Positions 1 through 10,547 are shown, counted from the first letter of the whole stretch. The stretch is 63,911 nucleotides of DNA, filler included, from Bacteroidales bacterium (GCA_035389045.1; 4 parts of 4 records of this genome joined end to end with filler, not necessarily neighbours in it); one strand, 5' to 3'. Made by a program: numbers and translations. The notes: a model not told the origin generated them from the sequence alone.

Positions 1-10
1 TTTTTCTATT

Positions 11-457
11 GTACTTTTTGTCTTGAAACAAAAAGTACCAAAAAATTCAAGAAAATATATATCGAACCCTGTCTGCCGCCAGGCAGGCTTCGCACAAGCC
101 ACTCCCTGACACCGACATATTTTCTTGCCAGCGCACTTTGTTTCTGCGAAACAATTCGGCTTTTTCGGGACAGGTTAGCCGATATTTGGCGCGCGGGCAA
201 TTCCTGGCGTGCGAGCCGGCGGTGGCGTGAATCAGAAAACATTTGAAAATCTGCAAAGGCCCCGCCACAGGCGGGGTTTCCTGACCAGCTATGCTGCGTC
301 AGGACTACTTTGCATAGATTTTCAATGTTTTCTGAGAGCGGGCTGAAGCATTCGCCAGGAGGTCCTTTCCTGCCTGCCGAAGTGTTCGTCACGCAGGCAG
401 GTTTGATTACTTTTTTGCCTGCCCCGCCAAAGGCGTGGGGACACGCAAAAAAGTAAT
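11..457. mobile_element. MITE-like non-autonomous repeat bounded by two related hairpins, with nested mini-palindromes
   Basis: Terminal stems GTACTTTTTGT/ACAAAAAGTAC (11-38) and ATTACTTTTTTGC/GCAAAAAAGTAAT (406-457). Positions ~1-196 recur inverted at 50327-50563. Lies at the window start. Confidence 0.7.
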
Positions 458-559
458 ACAGAAAAGTAAGGTTGTTACAAAAACCTGTTCAGATCTTATA
501 TACCAGCACCTGAAAAAAAAGAAATTGTTGTCAACAGATTCTGCAGGGTTAAGGCTGTT

Positions 560-1291
560 CTAAAACCGTGCATCAGCAAGCCGGCCTATTACTGCCTGAT
601 TTTTTTCAACGGCATTTCCTGCCACGATCATATCCGCACCGGCTTTGTATAATTCTTTTGCTTTTTCTGCCGTATCGACGCCTCCGCCAACAACGAGCGG
701 CACCGAAACAGCGTTCTTTACTTTTTCTGTCATCGCCGTACTGACATGCGTCCCGGCACCGCTTCCGGCATCCAGATAGACCATTTTTAATCCGAGCATT
801 TCGCCTGCCATGGCGGTACACATGGCGATATCATCCTTATCATGTGGAATAGGCAACGAATGGCTCATATATGAGGCAGCCGTCGGGCTTCCGCTTTCTA
901 TAAGCATATAACCCGTAGGAATAACTTCAAGCGATGCACCACGGATATAAGGGGCTGCCACAACATGTTTGCCGATAAGCATCTCGGCATTACGCCCCGA
1001 TATCAGCGATAAAAACAAAATAGCATCTGCATGTCCGTTCACCTGCATCACACTCCCAGGAAAGATAACCACCGGTATGCCAGAATACTCTTTTAAAGCA
1101 AGGATACATTTGCTCATGTTATCGCTGGTGATCAGGCTGCCGCCAATGAAAAAAAAGTCAACACCGGCTTCGTTAGCCAGTTCTGCTGTTTTTTTCACAC
1201 AGGCAGCGGTTGATTTATCAGGATCTATAAGTATGCTGAGCTGTTTTTTGCCCGAAGATGTATTATTAACTATTTTTTGGTAGACATTCAT
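560..1291 (-). CDS. pcrB: Geranylgeranylglyceryl/heptaprenylglyceryl phosphate synthase (PcrB/GGGPS family)
   Basis: LIDPDK, FIGGS, FPG, SLISGRN, YLDAGSGA and VGGG motifs; ATG at 1291 preferred over the TTG at 1297. Confidence 0.9.
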   Translation of the reverse strand: MNVYQKIVNNTSSGKKQLSILIDPDKSTAACVKKTAELANEAGVDFFFIGGSLITSDNMSKCILALKEYSGIPVVIFPGSVMQVNGHADAILFLSLISGRNAEMLIGKHVVAAPYIRGASLEVIPTGYMLIESGSPTAASYMSHSLPIPHDKDDIAMCTAMAGEMLGLKMVYLDAGSGAGTHVSTAMTEKVKNAVSVPLVVGGGVDTAEKAKELYKAGADMIVAGNAVEKNQAVIGRLADARF

Positions 1292-1370
1292 AATCAATCG
1301 TTTGAAAAAAAACTTTTTGTTTGATTAATTGGATTTAACATTTCTTAATATTTAAACAAGCAACATGAAT

Positions 1371-2012
1371 TTATAATGTCACATACGACAGAAAATAATC
1401 TGAAATTCTCTCAAAACATACGGTAAGGTTCATTATTTCATTTTTTTCTCCAATAAGTGATGCACGGATACTGCCATTGTCTGCGTATGCGAAAGGAAAT
1501 AAACTAATCTCCTGCTTAAAATCGTAAAAATCATTACCGCATATCTTAAACAGGGCTTCTTTGGCTGTCCAGCATACAGTGAGATGCTCAAGAAAATTAT
1601 CTTTATCAAGGAATTGAAGCTCAGATTCGGATAAAAACCGGGAGGAAACTTTTGCAATTCTGTTGTTGATTTTTTCAATATCTATGCCTGTTGAGGTACA
1701 GGGATCGATGATTACCGCTGAAAACTCACCGGAATGTGTAATTGAAATATGTTTGCTTTTAAGATCATTTTTCAGGTAGGGCTTGCCATAATCCGTATAA
1801 TGTATGCTGTACCAATCGTTTTGCATTTTGCTGATAAGAACCCTGTAACTCAGCCAGTGTTTTTTTCTGTTCTCGTGTTTATACGAATCCAGTAGTTGTT
1901 TCTCCGTATCCGACAATACGAGCTGGGCGCATAGTTCGTCAACGGTTTCGCTGATCTTCCAAACCCCTAACAAGGTATGTCTCCCTGGTTGCCTGGTAAA
2001 CAAAACGGGCAT
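1371..2012 (-). CDS. 4'-phosphopantetheinyl transferase (Sfp-like)
   Basis: GKPYL, ISITHS, GIDIE and WTAKEALFK motifs. Confidence 0.9.
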   Translation of the reverse strand: MPVLFTRQPGRHTLLGVWKISETVDELCAQLVLSDTEKQLLDSYKHENRKKHWLSYRVLISKMQNDWYSIHYTDYGKPYLKNDLKSKHISITHSGEFSAVIIDPCTSTGIDIEKINNRIAKVSSRFLSESELQFLDKDNFLEHLTVCWTAKEALFKICGNDFYDFKQEISLFPFAYADNGSIRASLIGEKNEIMNLTVCFERISDYFLSYVTL

Positions 2013-2072
2013 CGGTCAATTTTTAACAAAAGTAAACAAAAACATGATTTGGAATTTTTGCCTTCCTTGATT

Positions 2073-4181
2073 TTAACTGATCATCCACCAGGAACCTTTG
2101 CGTTTGTTTTCTTTTAAGACATAATCTCTTACGGGTTTGTTGGCTGGTGTTTCAAGCTCCGGATCGGATGCAAGCAGCGCAATAGCCTCGATCCGGGCAT
2201 ATTTCAGGATTTTTTCATCCACCACAAGGTCGGCAATATGCAGATCTGCTATTCCGCTTTGCTGTAAACCCTCAATATTACCCGGGCCTCTGAGTTTCAG
2301 GTCCATTTCTGCTATCCTGAAACCATCAGTGGTCGAAAGCATGGCATTTATGCGCAGACGGGCGTCGCTGCTCAGTTTGTCGGAGGTCATCAGTATGCAA
2401 AACGACTGTTCTGCGCCCCTTCCTACCCTGCCACGCAGCTGATGAAGCTGTGACAATCCGAAACGTTCCGCATTTTCGATGATCATCACCGAGGCATTGG
2501 GAACATCCACACCCACCTCAATTACCGTGGTAGCCACCATGATCTGTGTTTCCCCTTTTACGAAACGGTTCATTTCAAAATCTTTTTCTTTGGTCTTCAT
2601 CTGGCCATGTACCATACTCACCGCAAATTCAGGCAGGGGAAAATCACGTACAACAGCATCATAACCTTCCATCAGGTGTTTCAGGTCAAGACTTTCCGAT
2701 TCGTGTATCAACGGGTAAACCATATAAACCTGCCGGCCCTGCCTTATCTGCTCCCTGACAAACCCAAAAACTTTTAATCTGTTAGAATCACCAAAATGAA
2801 GCGTACGGACAGGCTTGCGACCTGGAGGCAATTCGTCGATCACCGAAACATCCAGATCCCCGTAAAGCGTCATGGCAAGTGTGCGGGGGATGGGCGTAGC
2901 CGTCATAACCAGGATATGCGGAGGCATCGTGCTCTTTTCCCACAACCTGGCCCGCTGAGCCACACCAAACCGATGCTGTTCGTCAATTACTGCAAGACCA
3001 AGATTCCTGAATTTAACCACATCTTCAATCAATGCATGGGTGCCCAGCAAGATAGATGTTTCACCGTTCAGCAGACTTTCAAGTATCTTTTTCCGTTCCG
3101 TACTTTTTGTAGATCCTGTTAGTAGTTTTACATTAATATTCAGTTTATTTAAAAACCCTTTTATGGTGTTATAATGTTGATTGGCAAGTATTTCAGTCGG
3201 CGCCATGATGCACGACTGAAAGCCGTTGTCCAGGGCAATCAGCATACACATCAGCGCCACCACGGTTTTTCCGCTGCCAACATCGCCCTGTAATAAGCGG
3301 TTCATCTGCTTTCCCGAACCGAGGTCTCGCCTGATCTCTTTAATTACCCTTTTTTGTGCTACGGTAAGCTGATAAGGTAACACATTATGATAAAATTCAT
3401 TAAGGTACTTGCCAACGTTTCCGAACAGCAAGCCCTGTATTTTTTTATTCCTGTACAGTTTTAGCTTTACCAAGCGAAGCTGAATAAAAAATAACTCTTC
3501 AAATTTCAACCGGGCGGTGGCTTTTTGGAGTAAAATCTGATCTTTGGGAAAATGTATATTGATGATCGCCTCCTCGCGGGAGATCAATCTGAACTTATTT
3601 AAGATTTCCGAAGAAATATTTTCAGGAATTTTTCCAGGGGCATCTTCAAGGACTTTTAGAACTATTTTACTGATACCTTTACTGTCGAGCCCTTTTGATT
3701 TAAGTTTTTCACTTGAGTTATAAACGGGATAAAACCGGCGCTTGATTTCTGCATTATCTTCCGGGCCTTCCTGCTCAATTTCGGGATGGGTAATATTTAT
3801 CTTGCCATTGAAGATAGTAGGTTTTCCAAAAACGATGAATTCAATCCCCGGCTGTAATTTATCTCTTACCCATTTGATCCCGTTGAACCATACCAGTTCA
3901 ATTTCCCCTGTCTCATCGGCAAAACGGGCAACAAGACGTGCAGCTCTTCCCGTGCCGGCAACAGTTACATTCCGGATTTTACCTTTTAACTGCACATAAG
4001 GCATGTTTTCCGATGCGTCACTAATTTTATGAAATACTGTTTTATCAACGTACCGAAAGGGATATAATAAAAGAAGGTCACCGGCTGTAAAAATATTCAA
4101 CTCTTTTTTAAATAAATCAGATCTTGCCGGGCCTACACCTTTGCAATATTCTATCGGGGTGTCCCAAAATTCGTGAAACAT
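2073..4181 (-). CDS. recG: ATP-dependent DNA helicase RecG
   Basis: LLQGDVGSGKT, DEQHRFG, MTATPIPRT and QLHQLRGRVGR motifs; ATG at 4181 lies just downstream of a TAnnTTTG box (4197-4204, minus strand). Confidence 0.97.
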   Translation of the reverse strand: MFHEFWDTPIEYCKGVGPARSDLFKKELNIFTAGDLLLLYPFRYVDKTVFHKISDASENMPYVQLKGKIRNVTVAGTGRAARLVARFADETGEIELVWFNGIKWVRDKLQPGIEFIVFGKPTIFNGKINITHPEIEQEGPEDNAEIKRRFYPVYNSSEKLKSKGLDSKGISKIVLKVLEDAPGKIPENISSEILNKFRLISREEAIINIHFPKDQILLQKATARLKFEELFFIQLRLVKLKLYRNKKIQGLLFGNVGKYLNEFYHNVLPYQLTVAQKRVIKEIRRDLGSGKQMNRLLQGDVGSGKTVVALMCMLIALDNGFQSCIMAPTEILANQHYNTIKGFLNKLNINVKLLTGSTKSTERKKILESLLNGETSILLGTHALIEDVVKFRNLGLAVIDEQHRFGVAQRARLWEKSTMPPHILVMTATPIPRTLAMTLYGDLDVSVIDELPPGRKPVRTLHFGDSNRLKVFGFVREQIRQGRQVYMVYPLIHESESLDLKHLMEGYDAVVRDFPLPEFAVSMVHGQMKTKEKDFEMNRFVKGETQIMVATTVIEVGVDVPNASVMIIENAERFGLSQLHQLRGRVGRGAEQSFCILMTSDKLSSDARLRINAMLSTTDGFRIAEMDLKLRGPGNIEGLQQSGIADLHIADLVVDEKILKYARIEAIALLASDPELETPANKPVRDYVLKENKRKGSWWMIS

Positions 4182-4203
4182 CGGTAAGTATTTTGGCAAA
4201 TAT

Positions 4204-4236
4204 AAAAAAACCCCGGCAAAACGCCGGGGTTTTTTT
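4204..4236 (-). terminator. Rho-independent terminator of the porP-gldKLMN operon
   Basis: A7-CCCCGGC-AAAAC-GCCGGGG-T7 perfect stem directly after the gldN stop. Confidence 0.88.
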
Positions 4237-4241
4237 ATATT

Positions 4242-5093
4242 TTAATATTCCCAGAGGTCATGCTCTTTTACAAACAATTCCTCTTTGATACGTTCTGCTT
4301 CCAGCAGGCCATCCATACCTTTGGCATACTGGTAAATACGACGGTCGAAAACATTACTCTCTTTATAAATATAGCTTCCGAACAAACGTTTAAAGAATAT
4401 GTCTTCATAAGTCCGGCGTTCGGCATCATTCCATTTGTTATAAACCTCGTTGTTGGCAAATATTTTACGACATTCCGGAAAATAAATCCAAAACAGTGGT
4501 TTATAACCTTTGGGTTCCCCAAATTCATCATATTCTTCCATATACGGACACAACCCTATGATACGCACATCCATAACGGACCGTTGCTTATCAAAAAACC
4601 AATCTTCTTTCACCCTCAACAGATAAACTGAAGAAACATCGAAAGGATTTGAAATCACACTGTCGTAAGTATCATATGGAGGCTCAAGCCGGGTCATGGT
4701 CATGGTGTCCTGCTGGTCGAGACTTTTCTGAATTTCTGATGGTGTTAATGGAGTTAAAAATTCTTCGTTATCGGTAGTATAGGCCGTAATGGTATTCTCC
4801 TTAATGGCATTATAAATAATTTGCATAAGGCTTTTACGTCCCTGTTGTTCCTGTATCGGATAATACAAAGGCAGGTTTATTTTTTGCCGCATATCGATAA
4901 CACGCCATATCCGTTTGGACCACATAACATCGGCTTCGCGCAACGAAGTATATGGTATAGGTTCACGGTTGGGGGTGTTTAGTTTATTATAAACACCGTC
5001 CAGGGGCGGCTGTCCCAGATTCTGCGAAAAACCGCTATACTGCACTGATAACAGAAAAGCAGTTAATGACAAGATACCCAATAATTTTTTCAT
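4242..5093 (-). CDS. gldN: Gliding motility/T9SS protein GldN (PorN)
   Basis: READVMWSKRIWRVID, KEDWFFDKQRS, PLFWIYFPE and C-terminal EHDLWEY; last gene of the KLMN operon. Confidence 0.95.
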   Translation of the reverse strand: MKKLLGILSLTAFLLSVQYSGFSQNLGQPPLDGVYNKLNTPNREPIPYTSLREADVMWSKRIWRVIDMRQKINLPLYYPIQEQQGRKSLMQIIYNAIKENTITAYTTDNEEFLTPLTPSEIQKSLDQQDTMTMTRLEPPYDTYDSVISNPFDVSSVYLLRVKEDWFFDKQRSVMDVRIIGLCPYMEEYDEFGEPKGYKPLFWIYFPECRKIFANNEVYNKWNDAERRTYEDIFFKRLFGSYIYKESNVFDRRIYQYAKGMDGLLEAERIKEELFVKEHDLWEY

Positions 5094-5120
5094 ATTAATT
5101 ACCTCCAGTGTTAGAAGTGT

Positions 5121-6731
5121 TTAACCGATTTTAAGTGCAATAGAACTTAACGAACGAGAGGATCCGTCAGGGCCTTTAGCTTTGATATCTTCAATATAAA
5201 CTTTTTGTCCTTTTGTAGCCTTATTCAGCATCGTGACCATCTGTGATGTAAACTTGGAACTATTCGATGTCAGTGAAATAAGGTCACCGGCCTGGCTCAT
5301 TGTAAATGTGAAACTGGTAATCGTGAAATAGGCATCAAACTCAAAACCGTCCATCCTCGGGATAACGCCACCTGCAGCCAGCAGGGTTCCTTTGGGAATA
5401 AGACCGCCGCTGACATTGCCCACATAAGGCACGGGGTTGGGTACACGTTTACACCTGAATTTCATAGAACCCATTGAACGGGAGGTTGTTCCCATTTTTG
5501 CGCTTACATTTACGGTAGCCTCTCCCTGTTGGGAAACTTTAACGTTGTAAAGGCCACCGCCTGTTTTGGTAATAGTGCCTCCACCGCCAGTAATGGTTGC
5601 TGTAACCTGTTCGTTTGATGCACCAGGGACGGAAATAGATACCGGATTATCAAGACCGATATAAAAAACATTCATCTTGGTGGGTGAAATGGTAGCCGAA
5701 GGCGTTCCGACCACATATTCACTATTGAAAGGATATGATTTTTCGATACCGTCAGCGCCTTTAACTTTAATTACACCACCAAACTGTTTTACTCCGGGGC
5801 CTCCGGCGGCAAGTTTCAATTTACCGACACCCGCCACGCCTTCAACGGTTTGTTGTGCTCCGCTGACCACAAGTGTATTGGTATCTACACCGCCACCGAC
5901 GATGATCACAGGCGTTTGCTTGGTATCATATGCTGCCACGAAAATATCCGCTTCAAAAGTTTCTCCTGTAAGAATATAGTTGCTTTTCGCAACTACTTTT
6001 GCGCCAATCTTATCAAATTTAAAATCTTCCAATGATACGGAGGCAAGTAGCTGGCTGACCACATCAAATTCGGCATTTTTCACTTCGGCGATCATTTTAT
6101 TTAAAATAACGATATCCGCAGCCATGATCGTGTTATAAAAGTTATGCATCTCCCAGGTTTGCTCCCTGCCGTTCGAACTATGATAAGGCCCTTTAAAATC
6201 TAATCCTATATTCATCCCTGACCTGTATTTGGGATCGATGAGTTCCATCATATTCTTCTTGTACTCTTCAAGTTTCAATCTTAGTTCGGTAGCTTTAGCT
6301 CCCTGGCCGGTTTCACTCCTTCCAATAAAATAACGTGTAGATTCTGACCATTTATCCAATCCTTTCAGTGATTTAAAATCCGCCGTTTTACATTCTTCAA
6401 TTGAAGTACGCGACTCTCCGGCCATGACTTCCAGTTTCATTTGTTCGATATACGCTACCAGATCTGCCGACATTTTTTTTGCCTGTTCTGCTTTTTTATA
6501 GTACGGAAGTACTTTGGCTTCGTTTATTTCTTTCTGCTTTGCAAACTGTGAATAGGTTGATTCAACTTTTTTGCTGAAGTTCGAATTCGTTGTAACCATA
6601 CTCTCGTTTACAATAAGATATGCATTCAGAATCTCCTTTGACACGTTAAGGGCAAGCATAGCTGTCAATACCAGATACATCATCTGAATCATTTTCTGTC
6701 TCGGGGTTTCCGGACAATTTGTTGCACCCAT
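5121..6731 (-). CDS. gldM: Gliding motility/T9SS motor protein GldM (PorM)
   Basis: N-terminal PRQKMIQMMYLVLTAMLALNVS; MNVFYIGLDNPVSISVPG. Confidence 0.96.
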   Translation of the reverse strand: MGATNCPETPRQKMIQMMYLVLTAMLALNVSKEILNAYLIVNESMVTTNSNFSKKVESTYSQFAKQKEINEAKVLPYYKKAEQAKKMSADLVAYIEQMKLEVMAGESRTSIEECKTADFKSLKGLDKWSESTRYFIGRSETGQGAKATELRLKLEEYKKNMMELIDPKYRSGMNIGLDFKGPYHSSNGREQTWEMHNFYNTIMAADIVILNKMIAEVKNAEFDVVSQLLASVSLEDFKFDKIGAKVVAKSNYILTGETFEADIFVAAYDTKQTPVIIVGGGVDTNTLVVSGAQQTVEGVAGVGKLKLAAGGPGVKQFGGVIKVKGADGIEKSYPFNSEYVVGTPSATISPTKMNVFYIGLDNPVSISVPGASNEQVTATITGGGGTITKTGGGLYNVKVSQQGEATVNVSAKMGTTSRSMGSMKFRCKRVPNPVPYVGNVSGGLIPKGTLLAAGGVIPRMDGFEFDAYFTITSFTFTMSQAGDLISLTSNSSKFTSQMVTMLNKATKGQKVYIEDIKAKGPDGSSRSLSSIALKIG

Positions 6732-6774
6732 AATATGCTCCTATATTTTTGTTAAACCTTTAATAAAATATCAA

Positions 6775-7800
6775 TTAACCCTGTTTTATTGTCATTGCAG
6801 ATAGCATATTACCATATACCTGATTAAGCGCTGTAATATTTTTGGCAAGTGCATTGACCTGTTCTTTGTATTTCGCTGTACCTTCAACTGATTCGTTGAG
6901 ATTCGACAGGAATACGCCTAAAGTTTCTTTCATCTTGTCGGTTTTCTGCAATTGCTCTGAAGTACTCTTCAACTGTAGTTCATAAATGCTGTTGAGTTCT
7001 GATAAATTCTTGGAAATTCTCTGTATCTGTGCGCCGTATGACTTGCCGTCCACTGATGAAAAATCAATAGCTTCAGCTGATTTAGTCAATGATTCGCAGG
7101 ATTTGGTATATTTTTCGGCAAGTGAGTGCGCTGATTCTGTTGCTTTTTTAATGCTGTTAACATACATCTCTGTGGCATTTACATCCTTCACCAGGCTTTC
7201 AGCAACGCTGCTGTATGTTCCGGTGAGATTCTTAGCCGAAGCTGTGGCTGCTTTAATACTATTATTTAATTCATTGGTTGAAACGACATCGTTTTCCAAC
7301 GCAACCGTGGTTTTTTTATACGCTTCGGACAATCCTTTTACACCTACGGCAGCATCATTCAGGTTTGCCACATATCCGTCGGTGGCAACAGCGGCATCGG
7401 CAACACCTGAAAGTTTCAAGGCATTTTGACTCAGGTTGCGCATTCCGTCACCCAGGCTGTTAATCAGTTCGGGACCGATCTTGGCTTCTTCAAGCATTTT
7501 ATCCAGTTCCTGAGTCAGGGTTTTTTTGGTTCCGGCTGTGGCTTTGGATTCAAGATCTTCCATTCCCGCTAATTCCGGGTATACTAAAGACCAGTCATAT
7601 TCAACATGTAACGGTTCAAATGCTGAGAAAAAGAAAATACACGCCTCAACACCCATACCCAAAACAAGCATGATATCGGCTCCCGGATAGTGATTAATTT
7701 TAAATAATGCGCCTAAAATTACAGCTGATGCACCCCAGCCATACAATTTGGCCATAAAACTTTTGTACCCCTTGCTTCTAACTAAATTATAAAGTCCCAT
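6775..7800 (-). CDS. gldL: Gliding motility/T9SS motor protein GldL (PorL)
   Basis: MAKLYGWGASAVILGALFKI, FFFSAFEP, DWSLVYPEL and C-terminal VYGNMLSAM. Confidence 0.96.
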   Translation of the reverse strand: MGLYNLVRSKGYKSFMAKLYGWGASAVILGALFKINHYPGADIMLVLGMGVEACIFFFSAFEPLHVEYDWSLVYPELAGMEDLESKATAGTKKTLTQELDKMLEEAKIGPELINSLGDGMRNLSQNALKLSGVADAAVATDGYVANLNDAAVGVKGLSEAYKKTTVALENDVVSTNELNNSIKAATASAKNLTGTYSSVAESLVKDVNATEMYVNSIKKATESAHSLAEKYTKSCESLTKSAEAIDFSSVDGKSYGAQIQRISKNLSELNSIYELQLKSTSEQLQKTDKMKETLGVFLSNLNESVEGTAKYKEQVNALAKNITALNQVYGNMLSAMTIKQG

Positions 7801-7858
7801 AATAAAATTTTGATTTTTTTAAATTTGGTTAATAGATGAATTTATTTTATACTGAATT

Positions 7859-9241
7859 TTATCTGTATACATTTGAAGAGCTTGCACCATCATCAATATG
7901 CCGTCCGAGATAGGTCTGCACACATCTGAATCCGATATAGCATTTTGCTGTATCCTGGAATTCATAAGTTCTTGAGCCGGTCTGCATATAATACCCTATA
8001 TCTTTCCATGAACCTCCGCGGATAACTTTGCGTTTCAACACTTCCGGATCAGATTTTTTGGCTTCATAAGAATAATTCATGTTAAGGTCATGAGCAAAAT
8101 TATAGGCTGATTCGTCGAAAGCATCCATGCACCATTCGGCTACATTTCCGCCCATATCATACAATCCGTAATCATTGGGGGCAAAGTGGGCCACAATCAA
8201 TGTTTGAATACCGCCATCATCAATATAGTTTCCTCTTAACGGTTTATAATTTCCGAGGAAGCAGCCATTGCTGTTACGTATATAAGGACCTCCCCAGGGA
8301 TACGGGCTTTCGTCTAATCCTCCGCGTGCTGCCCACTCCCATTCGGATTCGGTGGGCAAACGAAATTCGTTAACCCTGAACTCGCCATTGGCTTCCAGAA
8401 AATCATTCATCATGTTGGATCTCCAGATACAGAAAGCCCTTGCCTGTTTCCAGCTCACCCCAACTACAGGATAGTTGTCATAGGCAGGATGAACGAAATA
8501 GTTCAGCATCGGTTCATTATAAGAATAGGTATAATCATGCACCCAGCACAGGGTATCAGGATATACATTAATCACATCTTTCTTTATAAAAACCGACCTG
8601 TCTTTTACACCCTGAGGGCGGTTGGCTAAACTTGACAGGTCATGATCGGCTGCATCCTGTGTAGCTATGGCTTCGGATGAAAAGTCTTTGCGTGCTGCCG
8701 CTTTGTAATCAATCCAATAATAGATGTAATTAAGTTTTCTGGTGTCGATTTCTTTTCTGCGAAAATACCTTTCATGTTCTGGCATATACAAGGGTTGCAA
8801 GGCTTCCAGTTCTTCCTGTTCCAGGTCGTCCCATCTCAAACGGGTATCCCAGTTCAGATGATGCGGTTCAAGGGGTTCGCCATATTCGTCTTCCTCTATC
8901 CACCAATCTTCCGGCGCCAGAGTACCCAGTAGTTCTCTTGCCAGAGAATCCCGTACATAATATACAAACTGACGGTATTCATTATTGGTGATTTCGGTTT
9001 CATCCATATAAAAGGCCTGTACCGTCACCGTTTTTTGCTGGGCAGTCAATGAATAAGGGACATCCTGATCGCTTGGCCCCATCTGATAACTTCCGGGAGG
9101 AATAAATAACATGCCGTAAGGTGTCGGCTGATAAAATCCTTCCCTTCCGGAAACTCCAGTGAGTTCGCCGTTACCACTGTTTTTGCAGCCTATAAAAGTT
9201 AAGGCCGCAAAAATTGTTATGATTACCAGGAATTTTTTCAT
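7859..9241 (-). CDS. gldK: Gliding motility/T9SS lipoprotein GldK (PorK), FGE-sulfatase-like domain
   Basis: Lipobox FIGC; MDETEITNNEYRQF, YPVVGVSW, RLPTESEWEWAARGG, IGFRCV; operon position. Confidence 0.95.
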   Translation of the reverse strand: MKKFLVIITIFAALTFIGCKNSGNGELTGVSGREGFYQPTPYGMLFIPPGSYQMGPSDQDVPYSLTAQQKTVTVQAFYMDETEITNNEYRQFVYYVRDSLARELLGTLAPEDWWIEEDEYGEPLEPHHLNWDTRLRWDDLEQEELEALQPLYMPEHERYFRRKEIDTRKLNYIYYWIDYKAAARKDFSSEAIATQDAADHDLSSLANRPQGVKDRSVFIKKDVINVYPDTLCWVHDYTYSYNEPMLNYFVHPAYDNYPVVGVSWKQARAFCIWRSNMMNDFLEANGEFRVNEFRLPTESEWEWAARGGLDESPYPWGGPYIRNSNGCFLGNYKPLRGNYIDDGGIQTLIVAHFAPNDYGLYDMGGNVAEWCMDAFDESAYNFAHDLNMNYSYEAKKSDPEVLKRKVIRGGSWKDIGYYMQTGSRTYEFQDTAKCYIGFRCVQTYLGRHIDDGASSSNVYR

Positions 9242-9348
9242 ATTTTTATTATTTGCTTGCTGTTATTTCTTTATTGGTATTCTGATTTTCGCAGTTGATA
9301 ACATTGAAACGTAAAAGTACATTATTTTGTTACATCAACTTCCGATTT

Positions 9349-10350
9349 TTACAAATATCTTGTGTTTAAATATTTTGTAATGTTTTTCTTGATCTCGATC
9401 TTAAAACAATAGCCGAGCATAATTTCGTGTGTACCGCTGCTTCTGCCGTTTCTTCCCAGGGCGGATGTAGTGATATCATAGGAATAGCCAATTCTGAGGT
9501 TTTGCAGCGCAGGGTTCATGGATGGCTGATTCAGGGGATAAGCGCCTACAATGATGGCAACCGCATCCTGCACACGATAGGAAACGCCCGCCCAAATCAT
9601 ATTTCTCCATTTACACATGGCTGTGATATCGTATTGTGCGGAGGCAAAATCGGTTTTTATAAGAAGATACGGACTAAGTTCCCAATCGGGATTGTTAGGC
9701 AGTGTCCAATGATACCCGCCGGTCAGGTAATAATGTCTTTTGAGCTTGGAGTTAAATCCTTCGCCAAGTTTGATTTTGCTTTGAATAAGCTGGTTGGCAG
9801 AAAGGCCCACATATGCTTTTCCGGGAATATTGTAAAAAACACCAAATGCCATATCGGTCATAAAGGTGTTTTTCTTTTCCTGCGAAGTCAGCAAGGGATC
9901 ACTTTCATCAAGGGGGTTGAATTTTGAAAAATCAATTGTTTTGTTCAAAAATCCTGCCTGTAAGCCAATTCCCAGTGTTCCCACAGCAATATTCACATGA
10001 AACGAATACGCCAGTTTAACGCCAATATTATTCTCAAAACCCAGTTTATCACTATAAACCGAAAGGCCAAGTCCCCCACGCAGAACCCGAACCGGGGCAT
10101 CAACCGTCAATAGAATAGTCTGCGGAGCGCCTTTATGTGTCTTTGTTTCGCCATTTTGAATATAAGTATCTGTAAAGCCCGTCCACTGCTGACGATACAG
10201 CGTGGTCAAACAAATTTGCTTACTGATACCTGCATATCCCGGATTTATGGCCATGTTCGTAAACATGTTCTGTGTGAACTGCGCATCCTGCTGAGCCAAT
10301 GCAGCAAACGAAACCAACGAAACAATAATAAAAAAGTAGATTTTTTTCAT
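9349..10350 (-). CDS. porP: T9SS membrane protein, PorP/SprF family
   Basis: AQQDAQFTQ, INPGYAG, YRQQWTG, IGYSYD and GTHEIMLGY motifs; directly upstream of gldK. Confidence 0.92.
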   Translation of the reverse strand: MKKIYFFIIVSLVSFAALAQQDAQFTQNMFTNMAINPGYAGISKQICLTTLYRQQWTGFTDTYIQNGETKTHKGAPQTILLTVDAPVRVLRGGLGLSVYSDKLGFENNIGVKLAYSFHVNIAVGTLGIGLQAGFLNKTIDFSKFNPLDESDPLLTSQEKKNTFMTDMAFGVFYNIPGKAYVGLSANQLIQSKIKLGEGFNSKLKRHYYLTGGYHWTLPNNPDWELSPYLLIKTDFASAQYDITAMCKWRNMIWAGVSYRVQDAVAIIVGAYPLNQPSMNPALQNLRIGYSYDITTSALGRNGRSSGTHEIMLGYCFKIEIKKNITKYLNTRYL

Positions 10351-10539
10351 ATAGTTTTTTTGATAAAATTCAAAATAAGGGCATAAAGTAACACATATTT
10401 TTTAATATTAACAAACAAATGTTAACAAATTTTGCCATACATTTAGTTTGTGTTTTTTTAAAGTACTGTAAAACAACAACTTTTTATAATGTTTTTTTCA
10501 GACTTTAATACGAAATCTTCATAAAAAAAGTTTCATTTG

Positions 10540-10547
10540 CAAAGATA
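10540..10547 (-). promoter_or_regulatory. Candidate Bacteroidota sigma-A -7 box (TATCTTTG) for porP-gldKLMN
   Basis: Matches the TAnnTTTG consensus on the minus strand ~190 bp upstream of porP; no well-spaced -33 box seen. Confidence 0.4.

Noticed and set aside
6..392. ORFs 6-392, 47-268, 50271-50543 and 50368-50580, some sharing VREW.VRSLPGGRQGSIYIFL
   Set aside because: The similarity comes from the non-coding MITE; nested inserts alter the frames, and one ORF runs through the N spacer.
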